Virus record (IMG/VR): IMGVR_UViG_3300035532_000115 | Location: 1-46,706 of that record | Direction: 5' to 3' (one strand) | DNA: 46,706 nucleotides | Source of the DNA: a virus | Taxonomy: Duplodnaviria > Caudoviricetes | In this document: positions 30,129 to 39,147 of the stretch, piece after piece | How the letters are laid out: each line of letters opens with the position of its first letter | Numbering within the stretch: position 1 is the stretch's first letter | The notes under the pieces: generated by a model | The model's database searches: none | The model's input: only the letters and a program-made list of their open reading frames with translations | Told to the model about the DNA's origin: nothing | Made by a program: the position numbers and the translations under genes

Positions 30129-30590
30129 ATGGACGAAGGTGTGTTATCTTTTAATAAGATTGTAGTTGACCAAAATTTTTTAGATGAGGTTTGGAAATTT
30201 AGTCCTAATACTTTAGACTCTTTGTCTACAGAGGCAGTGAGTAAATATTCCTTGGCCCTGGCCCAATACCTAATCTATTTTAAAGCCGAGCAGAACAAAG
30301 CTAAAGCTAAGTTAGTTAAAAAGAAAAGATTTTATGAGTCTTCAATTCTAATGTGTTTGAGTACTTCTAAAATTCCAAAAGAATATAAAACTAAGGCTGA
30401 AAAAACTGAGTATTTAGTTAATACTACAGCCGAGCTCAGTAAGGTTACAGAAGAAATTAGCAATCTTGATGAAGAGTTAATTCGTATCGAGGGTATTGAT
30501 AAAGCAATTAGTGAATATATTGCTACGTTTAAGCGTGAACTTGGTAGGAGAGAGCAGGAGCTTTTTACTACACGTCGTGAGAGGAGATAA
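30129..30590 (+). CDS. Coiled-coil protein, possibly a UvsY-like recombination mediator
   Basis: About 150 aa, helical and charged, between recA and the helicase. The UvsY resemblance is weak and rests on size and context. Confidence 0.35.
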   Translation: MDEGVLSFNKIVVDQNFLDEVWKFSPNTLDSLSTEAVSKYSLALAQYLIYFKAEQNKAKAKLVKKKRFYESSILMCLSTSKIPKEYKTKAEKTEYLVNTTAELSKVTEEISNLDEELIRIEGIDKAISEYIATFKRELGRREQELFTTRRERR

Positions 30591-30592
30591 TC

Positions 30593-32032
30593 GTGAGTGT
30601 TGAGTTAGCTAGAGAGTTTTTTTATAGACCTGCAGATGAGCGTACTGTGTTGTCTTTTTGTTTGAAAAGTTTAGATTTTTATTATGATGTATCTTCCAAA
30701 TTAGATGCTACTGACTTTTTAGTAGACGAGCACCAACTGATTTATGCTATGATAGGTAATTTAGTTACCAAAGGTGTGCCTAAAATTGATATGACTTTGT
30801 TTATAAATCAAATACAAAGTGACGGTGTTATTGATTTAGTGGGGGGTATTTCTTATATACAGTCTATTTTTAATATAGAAGCTTCAGCAGAAAACTTTAG
30901 TATTTATGTGGAACAAATTATTGAAGCTAGTACGAAATATAAACTGTATATTGCGTTAAGTGGTCATACAAAAACTGTTGAAAATAATAGTCAATCTGGT
31001 AAAACTAGTGCTGAGATTATAAATCAAGTAGAAACTAATATGTTAGATATGTCTACTAGAGCGTCTATAAATGATGAGCCTATTTTATTTGGTGAGACAT
31101 TAGATGACTATATAGCTGAACGTAAAGATGAACATGTAGCTATGACTGGTTTATCTACTGGATTTCCCATACTTGATAGACAGATAGATGGTATGATTCC
31201 TGGTACTCTTATGATTATTGGTGCTCGTAAGAAGATGGGTAAGAGTACTTTTCTAACCAATATAGCTATCTACAATGCCTATAAACAAAATGTACCTGTA
31301 CTTTATATAGATACAGAGATGACGTATACTGAATGGAAAACCAGAGCTCTTTCCATAATATCAGGTGTTAAAGAGCGTGATATTAAACATGGTGGTTATA
31401 GTAGGGAAGATTATGGTAAAATTATGAGGGCAAGAAATACTATTGCTAATGATGGTAAGATATTTCATAAGTATATGCCTAATTATAGTGTAGATAAAGT
31501 GGTGGCTTTGTGTAAGAAGTATAAATTAAAAGAAGATATTGGATTGATAGTTTTTGATTATCTGAAGGAGCCTGATCTGGCATCGACAGATGGTACTCGT
31601 AAGGAATATCAGTTGTTGGGTGATATTACTACTAAACTTAAAGATTTATCAGGTGTTTTAAATATACCTGCATTAACTGCGGTTCAGCTTAATAAGCAGA
31701 ATGATGTTGCTGATAGTGATAGAATTGCAAGGTTTGGTGATATTGTGGCTATGTGGGCTTATAGAACTGAGGAAGAGAGAAAACAGTGTGGTATTGAGGG
31801 TGGACAGTATAAACTTGTTATAAAAGATACTCGTCGTGGTGGATCTACGCCACAAGAGGGAATAGGTTATACTTTCTTTAAGAGTAGGCTTCTTATTAGA
31901 GAAGTCCCTCCGGGTGATCAGTTTTTTATGCAAGCTGGTATGGAGACTACTAATACCGATGAACTTGATGAAATGTTTTCTGACGATTTGAATCCTTATG
32001 TGGAAGGTTATAATGCAGACGAGCTTGGCTAA
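30593..32032 (+). CDS. dnaB: DnaB-like replicative helicase
   Basis: N-terminal ERTVL...DF..EHQLIY; GLSTGFPILD; Walker A GARKKMGKS; IDTEM; VFDYL; QLN. Confidence 0.92.
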   Translation: MSVELAREFFYRPADERTVLSFCLKSLDFYYDVSSKLDATDFLVDEHQLIYAMIGNLVTKGVPKIDMTLFINQIQSDGVIDLVGGISYIQSIFNIEASAENFSIYVEQIIEASTKYKLYIALSGHTKTVENNSQSGKTSAEIINQVETNMLDMSTRASINDEPILFGETLDDYIAERKDEHVAMTGLSTGFPILDRQIDGMIPGTLMIIGARKKMGKSTFLTNIAIYNAYKQNVPVLYIDTEMTYTEWKTRALSIISGVKERDIKHGGYSREDYGKIMRARNTIANDGKIFHKYMPNYSVDKVVALCKKYKLKEDIGLIVFDYLKEPDLASTDGTRKEYQLLGDITTKLKDLSGVLNIPALTAVQLNKQNDVADSDRIARFGDIVAMWAYRTEEERKQCGIEGGQYKLVIKDTRRGGSTPQEGIGYTFFKSRLLIREVPPGDQFFMQAGMETTNTDELDEMFSDDLNPYVEGYNADELG

Positions 32033-33050
32033 AAAAAGATCTATTAGAGATAGAGTAGATGCTGTTAAAGATTTATTAGATCCTGTCTATCTAGCAGAAG
32101 CTCTTGGATTTAAGATTACAAACGAAACACCTAAAGAAGCTAGGGCAGCATGCATAATTCATGGTGGTGATAATGCAACTGCATTTAGAATTAATAAAGA
32201 TTTTAAGACTTGGACTTGTTTCACACATAAATGCCATGAGTCTTATGGTAAGGACATGGTTGCATTAGTTAGAACTGTAAATTCTTGTGGTTTTATAGAA
32301 GCATTGGAGTATTTGGAAAATTTAGTAGGTGTAGACTCTGTGTCCAGTGGTAAGTTGTTTGCTTATAGACGTAAACGTGAACGAGAAAGCTTTATTAATA
32401 ATTCGATGGTTAATAGAAGTAAACCATCAGTTGTAGATGAGCAACGCTTAAAATACTATAAACCATTTAGGTCTAATCATTTTAATAATGATGGTTTTAG
32501 TAATGAGACATTGGATTACTTTAATATAGCTGGTGGTTATACGGATGCTGAGGGTACTGTTAGAGACATAATTCCTATATATGATGCTAATAATGGGTTG
32601 GTAGCTTATAGTCTTAGAGATATTAGTAAAAATGTTAGTGATGGTAAAAAATACATACTTACACCTAATTTTGATAAAGATAAGGTTTTATATAATTTAA
32701 ATAGTATTAAAGAATCAGCTGGTAATTCACCGTTGATTTTAGTAGAAGGTTTTAAAAGTGTATGGCGTCTCTATGATTATGGTATAACTAATGTAGTAGC
32801 CTGTATGGGTGCCGGAATCACTGTTGGTCAGGCTAGTTTGTTGTATTCGTTTGCACACTCTGGGATAGTTATGTTTTTTGATAATGATGAAGCCGGCGCA
32901 GATGCTATTGGTAGAACATTCAATTTATTGAATGGTAAATTAAAAATGTATGTTGAATTTATATTAGAAACAGATGAAAATGGTAAAGGATTAGATCCAG
33001 CAGATTTAACTAAAGAACAGGTATATTACTACTTGTCTAACTATGTTTAA
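32013..33050 (+). CDS. dnaG: DnaG-like primase (CHC2 zinc finger plus TOPRIM)
   Basis: CIIH...CFTHKC; KY...K..LYNL; LVEGFKS; FDNDEAG; DPAD. ATG 32013 follows GGAAGG; the track starts the ORF at 31998. Confidence 0.88.
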   Translation: MQTSLAKKRSIRDRVDAVKDLLDPVYLAEALGFKITNETPKEARAACIIHGGDNATAFRINKDFKTWTCFTHKCHESYGKDMVALVRTVNSCGFIEALEYLENLVGVDSVSSGKLFAYRRKRERESFINNSMVNRSKPSVVDEQRLKYYKPFRSNHFNNDGFSNETLDYFNIAGGYTDAEGTVRDIIPIYDANNGLVAYSLRDISKNVSDGKKYILTPNFDKDKVLYNLNSIKESAGNSPLILVEGFKSVWRLYDYGITNVVACMGAGITVGQASLLYSFAHSGIVMFFDNDEAGADAIGRTFNLLNGKLKMYVEFILETDENGKGLDPADLTKEQVYYYLSNYV

Positions 33051-33059
33051 AATATTTAC

Positions 33060-33090
33060 TTGACAAATAAAATATGTGTGTTATATTATA
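33060..33090 (+). promoter_or_regulatory. sigma70/sigmaA-type promoter, copy 3 (upstream of ssb)
   Basis: TTGACA (33060-65), N16, TATATT (33082-87); TGTGTTATATTATATTT is shared with copy 2. Confidence 0.7.
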
Positions 33091-33166
33091 TTTGTAAATA
33101 ACGAAAAGCTCAGCCGCGCGAGGTGAGTGTGATTATTAATATATAAAGAATAAAGGAAATAATATT

Positions 33167-33496
33167 ATGTTAGGAAAAAATTTTGTAATTTTGGTAGGAA
33201 CTATTTCACGTCCAACTTTTAAAAATGTAGGACAGTACAACACTCCACTTTTTAAAGGTAGTTTGGTTATTCCATTGGCTAATGATAAGAAGCAGTATAT
33301 TAAGATTGCTGCTTGGGCTGATGTTGCTGAGGCTTTGAAAGATGTAAATCCACAAGATTATGTTAAAGTTCAGGGGCATATCGAGGAAAGTTCTTATGAC
33401 GGTAAATGTAAACATTGTGGTGGCGCTGATAAAAAATATTGGACTGAAGTAGTAATTGATGCTTTTGCTCCAGCAACTGATGAGGATTTAATGTAA
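33167..33496 (+). CDS. ssb: Single-stranded DNA-binding protein (OB fold) with a CxxC insert
   Basis: NFVILVGTI...IAAW...AE...VKVQGHI...Y...TEVV, with a short acidic tail (TDEDLM). Confidence 0.8.
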   Translation: MLGKNFVILVGTISRPTFKNVGQYNTPLFKGSLVIPLANDKKQYIKIAAWADVAEALKDVNPQDYVKVQGHIEESSYDGKCKHCGGADKKYWTEVVIDAFAPATDEDLM

Positions 33497-33834
33497 TGAC
33501 CCAGGAAAATATTTATGTAGGTTTGCCAACTATGTGTTTGTTACCTTTAAATAAAACTAGATTTAAAACAATAGGTTCATTAAATATAACAATTACACGT
33601 AGAGGTGTCTATAATGAAATCGGCCCAGAAATATTCGATAAAGATTCTGGCAAGTTTGATTTGTTAGCTAATGATACTATATATTTACCATCAATCACTA
33701 AAGTACTTCTAGCTGAAAAAAAGTACCCTTCATTAGAAGCTAATCAGATTTTTTCGCCATTTGGTCTTGTATTTGACGATGAAACTGTCAGTATTGATGG
33801 AATGGTTTTGGAGATTTTAAATGTAGAACAATAG
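33496..33834 (+). CDS. Hypothetical protein
   Basis: TAATG coupling to ssb; 112 aa. Confidence 0.6.
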   Translation: MTQENIYVGLPTMCLLPLNKTRFKTIGSLNITITRRGVYNEIGPEIFDKDSGKFDLLANDTIYLPSITKVLLAEKKYPSLEANQIFSPFGLVFDDETVSIDGMVLEILNVEQ

Positions 33835-33843
33835 GAGAATCAT

Positions 33844-33996
33844 ATGGAAAGAACTGATGAAAATACTACTATGCAAGATACTCTACACACCTGTTTAAGA
33901 TGTGGTGAGCGTGCACATGAGTGTGAAAAAGATGTGTATAGATGTGATGATTCTAATTGTGGGTTTGTTTGGAAGGTAGAGTGTTGTGACAACTAA
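33844..33996 (+). CDS. 50-aa zinc-ribbon protein (absent from the ORF track)
   Basis: AGGAG RBS; [50 protein letters not shown]; fills the gap and overlaps the dnaJ start. Confidence 0.7.
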   Translation: MERTDENTTMQDTLHTCLRCGERAHECEKDVYRCDDSNCGFVWKVECCDN

Positions 33997-34774
33997 AGAT
34001 TTTTATAGTATACTTGGGGTGGAAAAAAATGCTGATAAGCAGGAACTTAAAAAAGCTTATAGAAAATTAGCTATTAAATATCATCCTGATAAAAATCCTG
34101 GAAATCTTGAAGCGGAAGAGAAGTTTAAAGAAATTTCTGAAGCATATGATGTTCTATCAGATGATGGAAAACGTGCAGAATATGATAACCCCTCACCATT
34201 TGGTGGTGGGAACCCTTTCGCTGCTGGAGGTTTTAATCCTTTTGATATTTTTTCAAATATAAATAAACGTCGCCAAGATCCAAATGCGCCTCAGCAAGGA
34301 AGAACTGTAGTTTTAGAAACGCCAGTTGCTTTTGGAAAGTTACTTTTGGGTGGTGAAGAAGATGTAGTTTTAAATTATGAGGATATTTGTCCTGTTTGTA
34401 ATGGTCGTGGTGGTGAATCTTTTGAGGTTTGTTCTGTTTGTAAAGGTTCTGGTATGATTGTTCGTAGAAATAATAGTGAGGGTGTTCAAATGTCTACTGC
34501 AGCACCTTGCACTGCTTGTAGAGGAACAGGTAGACGTGTAGTTAATGAGTGTACCGCGTGTAATGGTACAGGTATTAAATATGTAAATAATAAATCTGTA
34601 CGTATTATTATACCAACAGCTGCTAAAGATGGTATGAAATTACGTCTTCAAGGGCAAGGACCTAAAGGTAAAAATGGCGGTCCTTCTGGAGATATTATAG
34701 TAGTACTTAGATCTTTAGAACCTAAATTAGATGTTCTTAGTGATGAGGAGTTGGAGGTTTTAAAGAAATTGTAA
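33986..34774 (+). CDS. dnaJ: DnaJ-type co-chaperone, shortened
   Basis: J-domain with HPD, a G/F-rich region, four CxxCxGxG motifs and one C-terminal domain. Confidence 0.9.
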   Translation: MTTKDFYSILGVEKNADKQELKKAYRKLAIKYHPDKNPGNLEAEEKFKEISEAYDVLSDDGKRAEYDNPSPFGGGNPFAAGGFNPFDIFSNINKRRQDPNAPQQGRTVVLETPVAFGKLLLGGEEDVVLNYEDICPVCNGRGGESFEVCSVCKGSGMIVRRNNSEGVQMSTAAPCTACRGTGRRVVNECTACNGTGIKYVNNKSVRIIIPTAAKDGMKLRLQGQGPKGKNGGPSGDIIVVLRSLEPKLDVLSDEELEVLKKL

Positions 34775-35292
34775 TGAGTTCTATTAGAGTATTTAGTTTA
34801 GATATTTCAGCATCATCTACAGGGTGGTCATATTATAATTTAAGGTATAATAATACAAAATTTGGAACTATTAAAACTACAAATAAAGATAGTACTTCTA
34901 TAAGATTAACTTATTTTAGAAAAACTTTATTAAAGCTTCTTAAAAAGTACAAGCCTAATATAGTACTTATTGAGGATACTTTTGTAGGTAGGAACCCGGC
35001 TGTAGTGAAACTTCTAGCTAAGTTTGGTGGGGTGGCGGAACAGGTGGTATATGAGTTTATTGGCGCTGCCCCTATCATTATAAGTAATAAGACTGTTAAG
35101 GCTTTCTTTTGTACTAAAAAGAAAGAGGACCTTTTTGAGGTTATACATGATTTGCTTGGTTGGACAGATAAAGAATCTTTTAAGACACATAACGATGTGG
35201 CAGATTCTATAGCACAATACATATATTATATACATACAGAGGGGTATAAAATTATAAAAGAGGAAAAAGAATATGGATTCTTGTACAAATAA
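34774..35292 (+). CDS. ruvC: RuvC-like Holliday junction resolvase
   Basis: SLDIS..STGW, VLIED, L.KF.GV, VK...KK, DVADS. Confidence 0.8.
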   Translation: MSSIRVFSLDISASSTGWSYYNLRYNNTKFGTIKTTNKDSTSIRLTYFRKTLLKLLKKYKPNIVLIEDTFVGRNPAVVKLLAKFGGVAEQVVYEFIGAAPIIISNKTVKAFFCTKKKEDLFEVIHDLLGWTDKESFKTHNDVADSIAQYIYYIHTEGYKIIKEEKEYGFLYK

Positions 35293-35641
35293 TGGTATTA
35301 GGGCGCATGCCTTAAAAGAAGCTTTTAAAACTGAAGTGCTAACTCGTTGTGTAGCTATTTTTAAGAAGTCAGGTAGAAATCTTACCGAAGATGCTAAAGA
35401 GTTTCTTATGGAAAATATTGGAGAACGAGTAGACGAATTTGATATAACAAAAACTTATGATTTGGATTGTTATTCGTTTTATTTCCCAATAGAAGATTCT
35501 GAAGAGGAAGAAGAAGTGTTGTTTGTTAAATCAGAAGACGTAACTGATATATTTGCTGATTTCAAAAAACAGTTGACTAATGCACTTTTACAACTGGTTA
35601 TATATGATCTAGAGTTATTTTTAGCAAGTGAGGAGACATAA
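35273..35641 (+). CDS. Hypothetical acidic protein
   Basis: 122-aa ORF packed in the operon, with a GAGG RBS. Confidence 0.55.
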   Translation: MDSCTNNGIRAHALKEAFKTEVLTRCVAIFKKSGRNLTEDAKEFLMENIGERVDEFDITKTYDLDCYSFYFPIEDSEEEEEVLFVKSEDVTDIFADFKKQLTNALLQLVIYDLELFLASEET

Positions 35642-35644
35642 TAG

Positions 35645-36826
35645 ATGGGCAAAGTTATAAAATTAAGTGCAACTAGAATTAGTTCTTTTTTACGTTGTAA
35701 AAAAAGATATTGGTTTGGTTATGTAGAACATTTACCTAAACTTTCTAACCCATCATTTAAGTTGGGTTTGGCTTGCCATGAATCTTTAGAACTAGCGGGT
35801 AATATATGGATGGAAGCCGGGCAGGATAAAGAAAAATTTACAAAGTCCGAAATAAAAAAGATAATGGCTTATTATGATAAAATATCTGTTAGAGAAGGTA
35901 TAGAAGAACTTGATGTTCATGCTGAAGGTAAGGTTCTTGTTAAATCTCGTTTAGATTCTTTTAAATTAGGAAAACGTATAATTAATTTGGAGTTGCCATT
36001 TGGTTTTCCTAAAAGCAAATATCCAGACTTAACAACTACCCAAGGAGTGCCTTTAATTGGTGCAATTGATAAGGTTGTAGAGCTTGATGAAGATACTTTA
36101 TTAGTTATAGATTATAAGACTTCTAAAACTGCTCCTACACCAGATCAGTTACGAGAGGATTTACAGTTATCTTTATATGATTTGGTGGCCGGTATGTTGT
36201 GGCCTCAATATAAACGTGTAGTTTTGTGTTTGGATATGTTAAAAAGTGAACCTGTATTTACATATAGAACACCAAAACAGCGAGAAGAGTTCAATGACTA
36301 CCTTACTGAAGTGCATAAGCAGATGACAGAGCTTAAAGAAGAGAAAGATGCACCAGCCTCATTGAATATTTTCTGCCCCTGGTGTGACTTTCGGGATTAT
36401 TGCCCTGCTTATGAAAAAGCATGTAAAAAATGTCAGCAAGAATTTTTACCACTGTCTAAATTAACAGATAATGATATAATTGAAGAATATAAAAGAATAA
36501 CTAGTACAATAAAAATACTTGACATGCGTAAAAGAGAGCTTAATATGTTAGCTATGGAAAAGATACAACGTGATGGTACTGGTTTGAAAGGTGAGGAAGA
36601 TCAGTTGATTATTAGACAGAATGCTAGAACCAATTATGATCCTAGAGAAGTTGCTAAGGTAGTTCCTGTTGAAGATTTGATTGGTATGATGTCATTAAAT
36701 AAAAAAGCTGTGGATAATTATTGTTCACAAAATCCAGCAGCAGCTAAAGCTATACAGAATAGTGCTACTACCAACTATACAACGCCCTTTCTAGCAACAA
36801 AAAAGATACCAAAGCCAAAGAAGTAA
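35645..36826 (+). CDS. RecB/AddB/Cas4-like PD-(D/E)XK exonuclease with a probable Fe-S staple
   Basis: LSATRI...C..RY; G...H..LE; GAIDKV; VIDYKT; QLSLY; CPWC.F...C. Confidence 0.85.
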   Translation: MGKVIKLSATRISSFLRCKKRYWFGYVEHLPKLSNPSFKLGLACHESLELAGNIWMEAGQDKEKFTKSEIKKIMAYYDKISVREGIEELDVHAEGKVLVKSRLDSFKLGKRIINLELPFGFPKSKYPDLTTTQGVPLIGAIDKVVELDEDTLLVIDYKTSKTAPTPDQLREDLQLSLYDLVAGMLWPQYKRVVLCLDMLKSEPVFTYRTPKQREEFNDYLTEVHKQMTELKEEKDAPASLNIFCPWCDFRDYCPAYEKACKKCQQEFLPLSKLTDNDIIEEYKRITSTIKILDMRKRELNMLAMEKIQRDGTGLKGEEDQLIIRQNARTNYDPREVAKVVPVEDLIGMMSLNKKAVDNYCSQNPAAAKAIQNSATTNYTTPFLATKKIPKPKK

Positions 36827-36832
36827 TTTGAT

Positions 36833-37687
36833 ATGAAAAAATTAACATATGAATTTGTAAAATCTAAGTTTGAGGAGGAGGGTTATGAGTTATTAAGTAC
36901 TGAATATAAAAATAATTATACCAAGTTAGATTATATATGTCCTAATAACCATGAACATTCGATTACTTGGCATGATTGGCAAGGTGGAAAAAGATGCCCT
37001 TATTGTTATGGTAATAAAAAACTTACAATAGACACAATTAGAAAAAAATTTGAGGATGAGGGTTATACTCTTTTAAGTACTGAATATATTAATAATAAAA
37101 CACCTTTAGAATATATATGTCCAAATGGACATAAAGGTTCAATTATATGGAATAGTTGGGTAATTGGTACAAGATGTCCTTTTTGTTATGGTAATAATAC
37201 ATCTACAATAGAAGATATCGAATTTGAACTTAAAAAAAGAAATTATAAGTTATTGGGTGGGAAATATGTGAATAGTAAAACAAAGATTAAATGTATCTGT
37301 GATTTTGGACATATTCATTATAATAGTTTAACAAATTTAAAACAAGGTTGTTGGTGCCCTGTTTGTTTAAAAATCAAAAAATTTGGTGAAGGTAATCCAA
37401 ACTGGCAAGGCGGTGTTTCTAATGATGATTATTTTGAAGTTTGGAAAGATCAAGAATACAAACAAGACATCCGTGAACGTGACGGTAATAAGTGTTTAAA
37501 TCCCTATTGTTATGGGAATGATGAGGTTCTTTCTATACACCATATTGATTACAACAAACAAGATTGTCACCCGTCAAATTTAATAACAGTTTGTCGTTCG
37601 TGCAATTCGCGGGCTAATAAAGATAGAAAATGGCATAAAGCCTGGTATCAGGCAATTATGCATATAAGATATAATTATATTTATTAA
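36833..37687 (+). CDS. HNH endonuclease with zinc-ribbon repeats; paralogue of 28938..29804
   Basis: Same architecture, with an identical segment NLITVCRSCNSRANKDRKWHKAWYQAIMH. Confidence 0.85.
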   Translation: MKKLTYEFVKSKFEEEGYELLSTEYKNNYTKLDYICPNNHEHSITWHDWQGGKRCPYCYGNKKLTIDTIRKKFEDEGYTLLSTEYINNKTPLEYICPNGHKGSIIWNSWVIGTRCPFCYGNNTSTIEDIEFELKKRNYKLLGGKYVNSKTKIKCICDFGHIHYNSLTNLKQGCWCPVCLKIKKFGEGNPNWQGGVSNDDYFEVWKDQEYKQDIRERDGNKCLNPYCYGNDEVLSIHHIDYNKQDCHPSNLITVCRSCNSRANKDRKWHKAWYQAIMHIRYNYIY

Positions 37688-37701
37688 AGGATGATTAAAT
37701 T

Positions 37702-38994
37702 ATGACAAAAAATAAAAAATTAAATAAACAAATTTCTAATAAGACTAAAGTTTTGGCATTTTGTGATGCGCCTAATACGGCAACTGGTTTTGGAACTGTG
37801 TCTAGAAATATTTTTGAAGCACTTTATAAAACTGGTAGGTATGAAATAGATATTATTGGGATCAACCATTGGGGAGATCCACATAATTTTCCATATCGTA
37901 TTTGGCCAGCAGGAATTAACGGCGACAAGGACCCTTATGGGCGAAGAAAAGCTGCGGCCATGATGCAGCAGATGGATTATGATATTTTGTTTCTTTTTCA
38001 AGATAGTTTTATTTTAGATTTTATGCCACAGGTATTACCGGCATTAAAAGCACAGGGTAAAAAATTTAAGTCTATTTGTTATTACCCAATTGATGGTATA
38101 CCGAAAAAAAGCTGGATAGAGAGTGTGACTGTCGCTGATCATGTAGTTACTTATTCACAATACGCAGTTGATAATTCAAAGCTTGTTTATCCAGATGCTG
38201 GTGATATAGATATTATTTATCACGGTGCTAATGTTACTGATTTTAGAAGATTACCAGAGCAAGATGTACTTGGTTTTAGAAAAAATTTTTTCGGTAAAGG
38301 TGCAGATAAGTTTATAATTACAAATTTAAATAGAAACCAACACAGAAAAGATATCCCTAGAACTATTGCAGCATTTAAAGAATTTAAAAAGAAAGTACCT
38401 AACTCTTTACTATACCTTCATATGGCGGTTAATGATCAGGGATGGAATTTGGATGAAGTGGTAAGGTCTTATGGACTTGAGCTTAAAGAAGATGTAGTGT
38501 TTCCTGAAAACTTCGGCCCAAATCAAGGTTATCCTATTGAGGTTGTGAATGCGCTTTATAATGCTTCAGATCTCATTGTAAGTACAACTTTGGGTGAGGG
38601 TTGGGGAATGAGTTGGTGTGAGTCTATGGCTGCAGGTACACCAGTCCTAATGCCTCGAAATACCGTAATGGAAGAAATAATTACTGAAGAAAAGGGTTAT
38701 CTTTGTGATAGCGGTACTACCCCAGCATTACATACAGTCCTCCCTCATGATAATGAGGTTATAAGGCCTTTAGTTGATATAGATGATATGGTTAATAAAC
38801 TAATTCATATATATAATAATTATGATGAAGCAAAAGCAAAGGCTGACAAAGCATATGATTGGATTAGATCTGATTTGAATTGGCAAGGTAATATTGGTGA
38901 ACAGTGGGTAAAGGTGTTTGATAAAGTAACACTTTCACTTCTTACAGATACCACATCAGAAACTGGAAGCGTTATTGATACTGAAAGTTTCTAA
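37702..38994 (+). CDS. GT-B glycosyltransferase (GT4-like)
   Basis: TGFGTVS, YYPIDG, HG, NRNQHRKD, LYNASD...EGWG....ESMAAGTPV. Confidence 0.88.
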   Translation: MTKNKKLNKQISNKTKVLAFCDAPNTATGFGTVSRNIFEALYKTGRYEIDIIGINHWGDPHNFPYRIWPAGINGDKDPYGRRKAAAMMQQMDYDILFLFQDSFILDFMPQVLPALKAQGKKFKSICYYPIDGIPKKSWIESVTVADHVVTYSQYAVDNSKLVYPDAGDIDIIYHGANVTDFRRLPEQDVLGFRKNFFGKGADKFIITNLNRNQHRKDIPRTIAAFKEFKKKVPNSLLYLHMAVNDQGWNLDEVVRSYGLELKEDVVFPENFGPNQGYPIEVVNALYNASDLIVSTTLGEGWGMSWCESMAAGTPVLMPRNTVMEEIITEEKGYLCDSGTTPALHTVLPHDNEVIRPLVDIDDMVNKLIHIYNNYDEAKAKADKAYDWIRSDLNWQGNIGEQWVKVFDKVTLSLLTDTTSETGSVIDTESF

Positions 38995-39009
38995 TTTAAT
39001 TCTAATTGT

Positions 39010-39032
39010 TGGCGGTTCTAAAAGGGCCGCCA
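39010..39032 (+). other. GC-rich intergenic hairpin (possible terminator or 3' stabiliser; no U-tract)
   Basis: TGGCGGTTC-TAAAA-GGGCCGCCA followed by an A-run. Confidence 0.45.
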
Positions 39033-39042
39033 TAAAAAAAAT

Positions 39043-39070
39043 TTGACAAACACATTATAATGTTTATTGT
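39043..39070 (+). promoter_or_regulatory. sigma70-type promoter candidate, copy 4
   Basis: TTGACA (39043-48), N16, TATTGT (39065-70). Confidence 0.5.
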
Positions 39071-39147
39071 ATGTGTATGAAAGTTAGTCTATTATTAAAC
39101 TGACTATAATATTGTTAGTATAGTTTTATAAAGGAAGATTTATAGAT

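Noticed and set aside
33097-33125. TAACGAAAAGCTCAGCCGC resembles the left half of an integron attC site
   Set aside because: No complementary right half (GTT core) and no integrase in the window.
35645-36826. Cas4/CRISPR system
   Set aside because: No repeat-spacer array or other cas gene seen; the replication context fits a RecB-like exonuclease.
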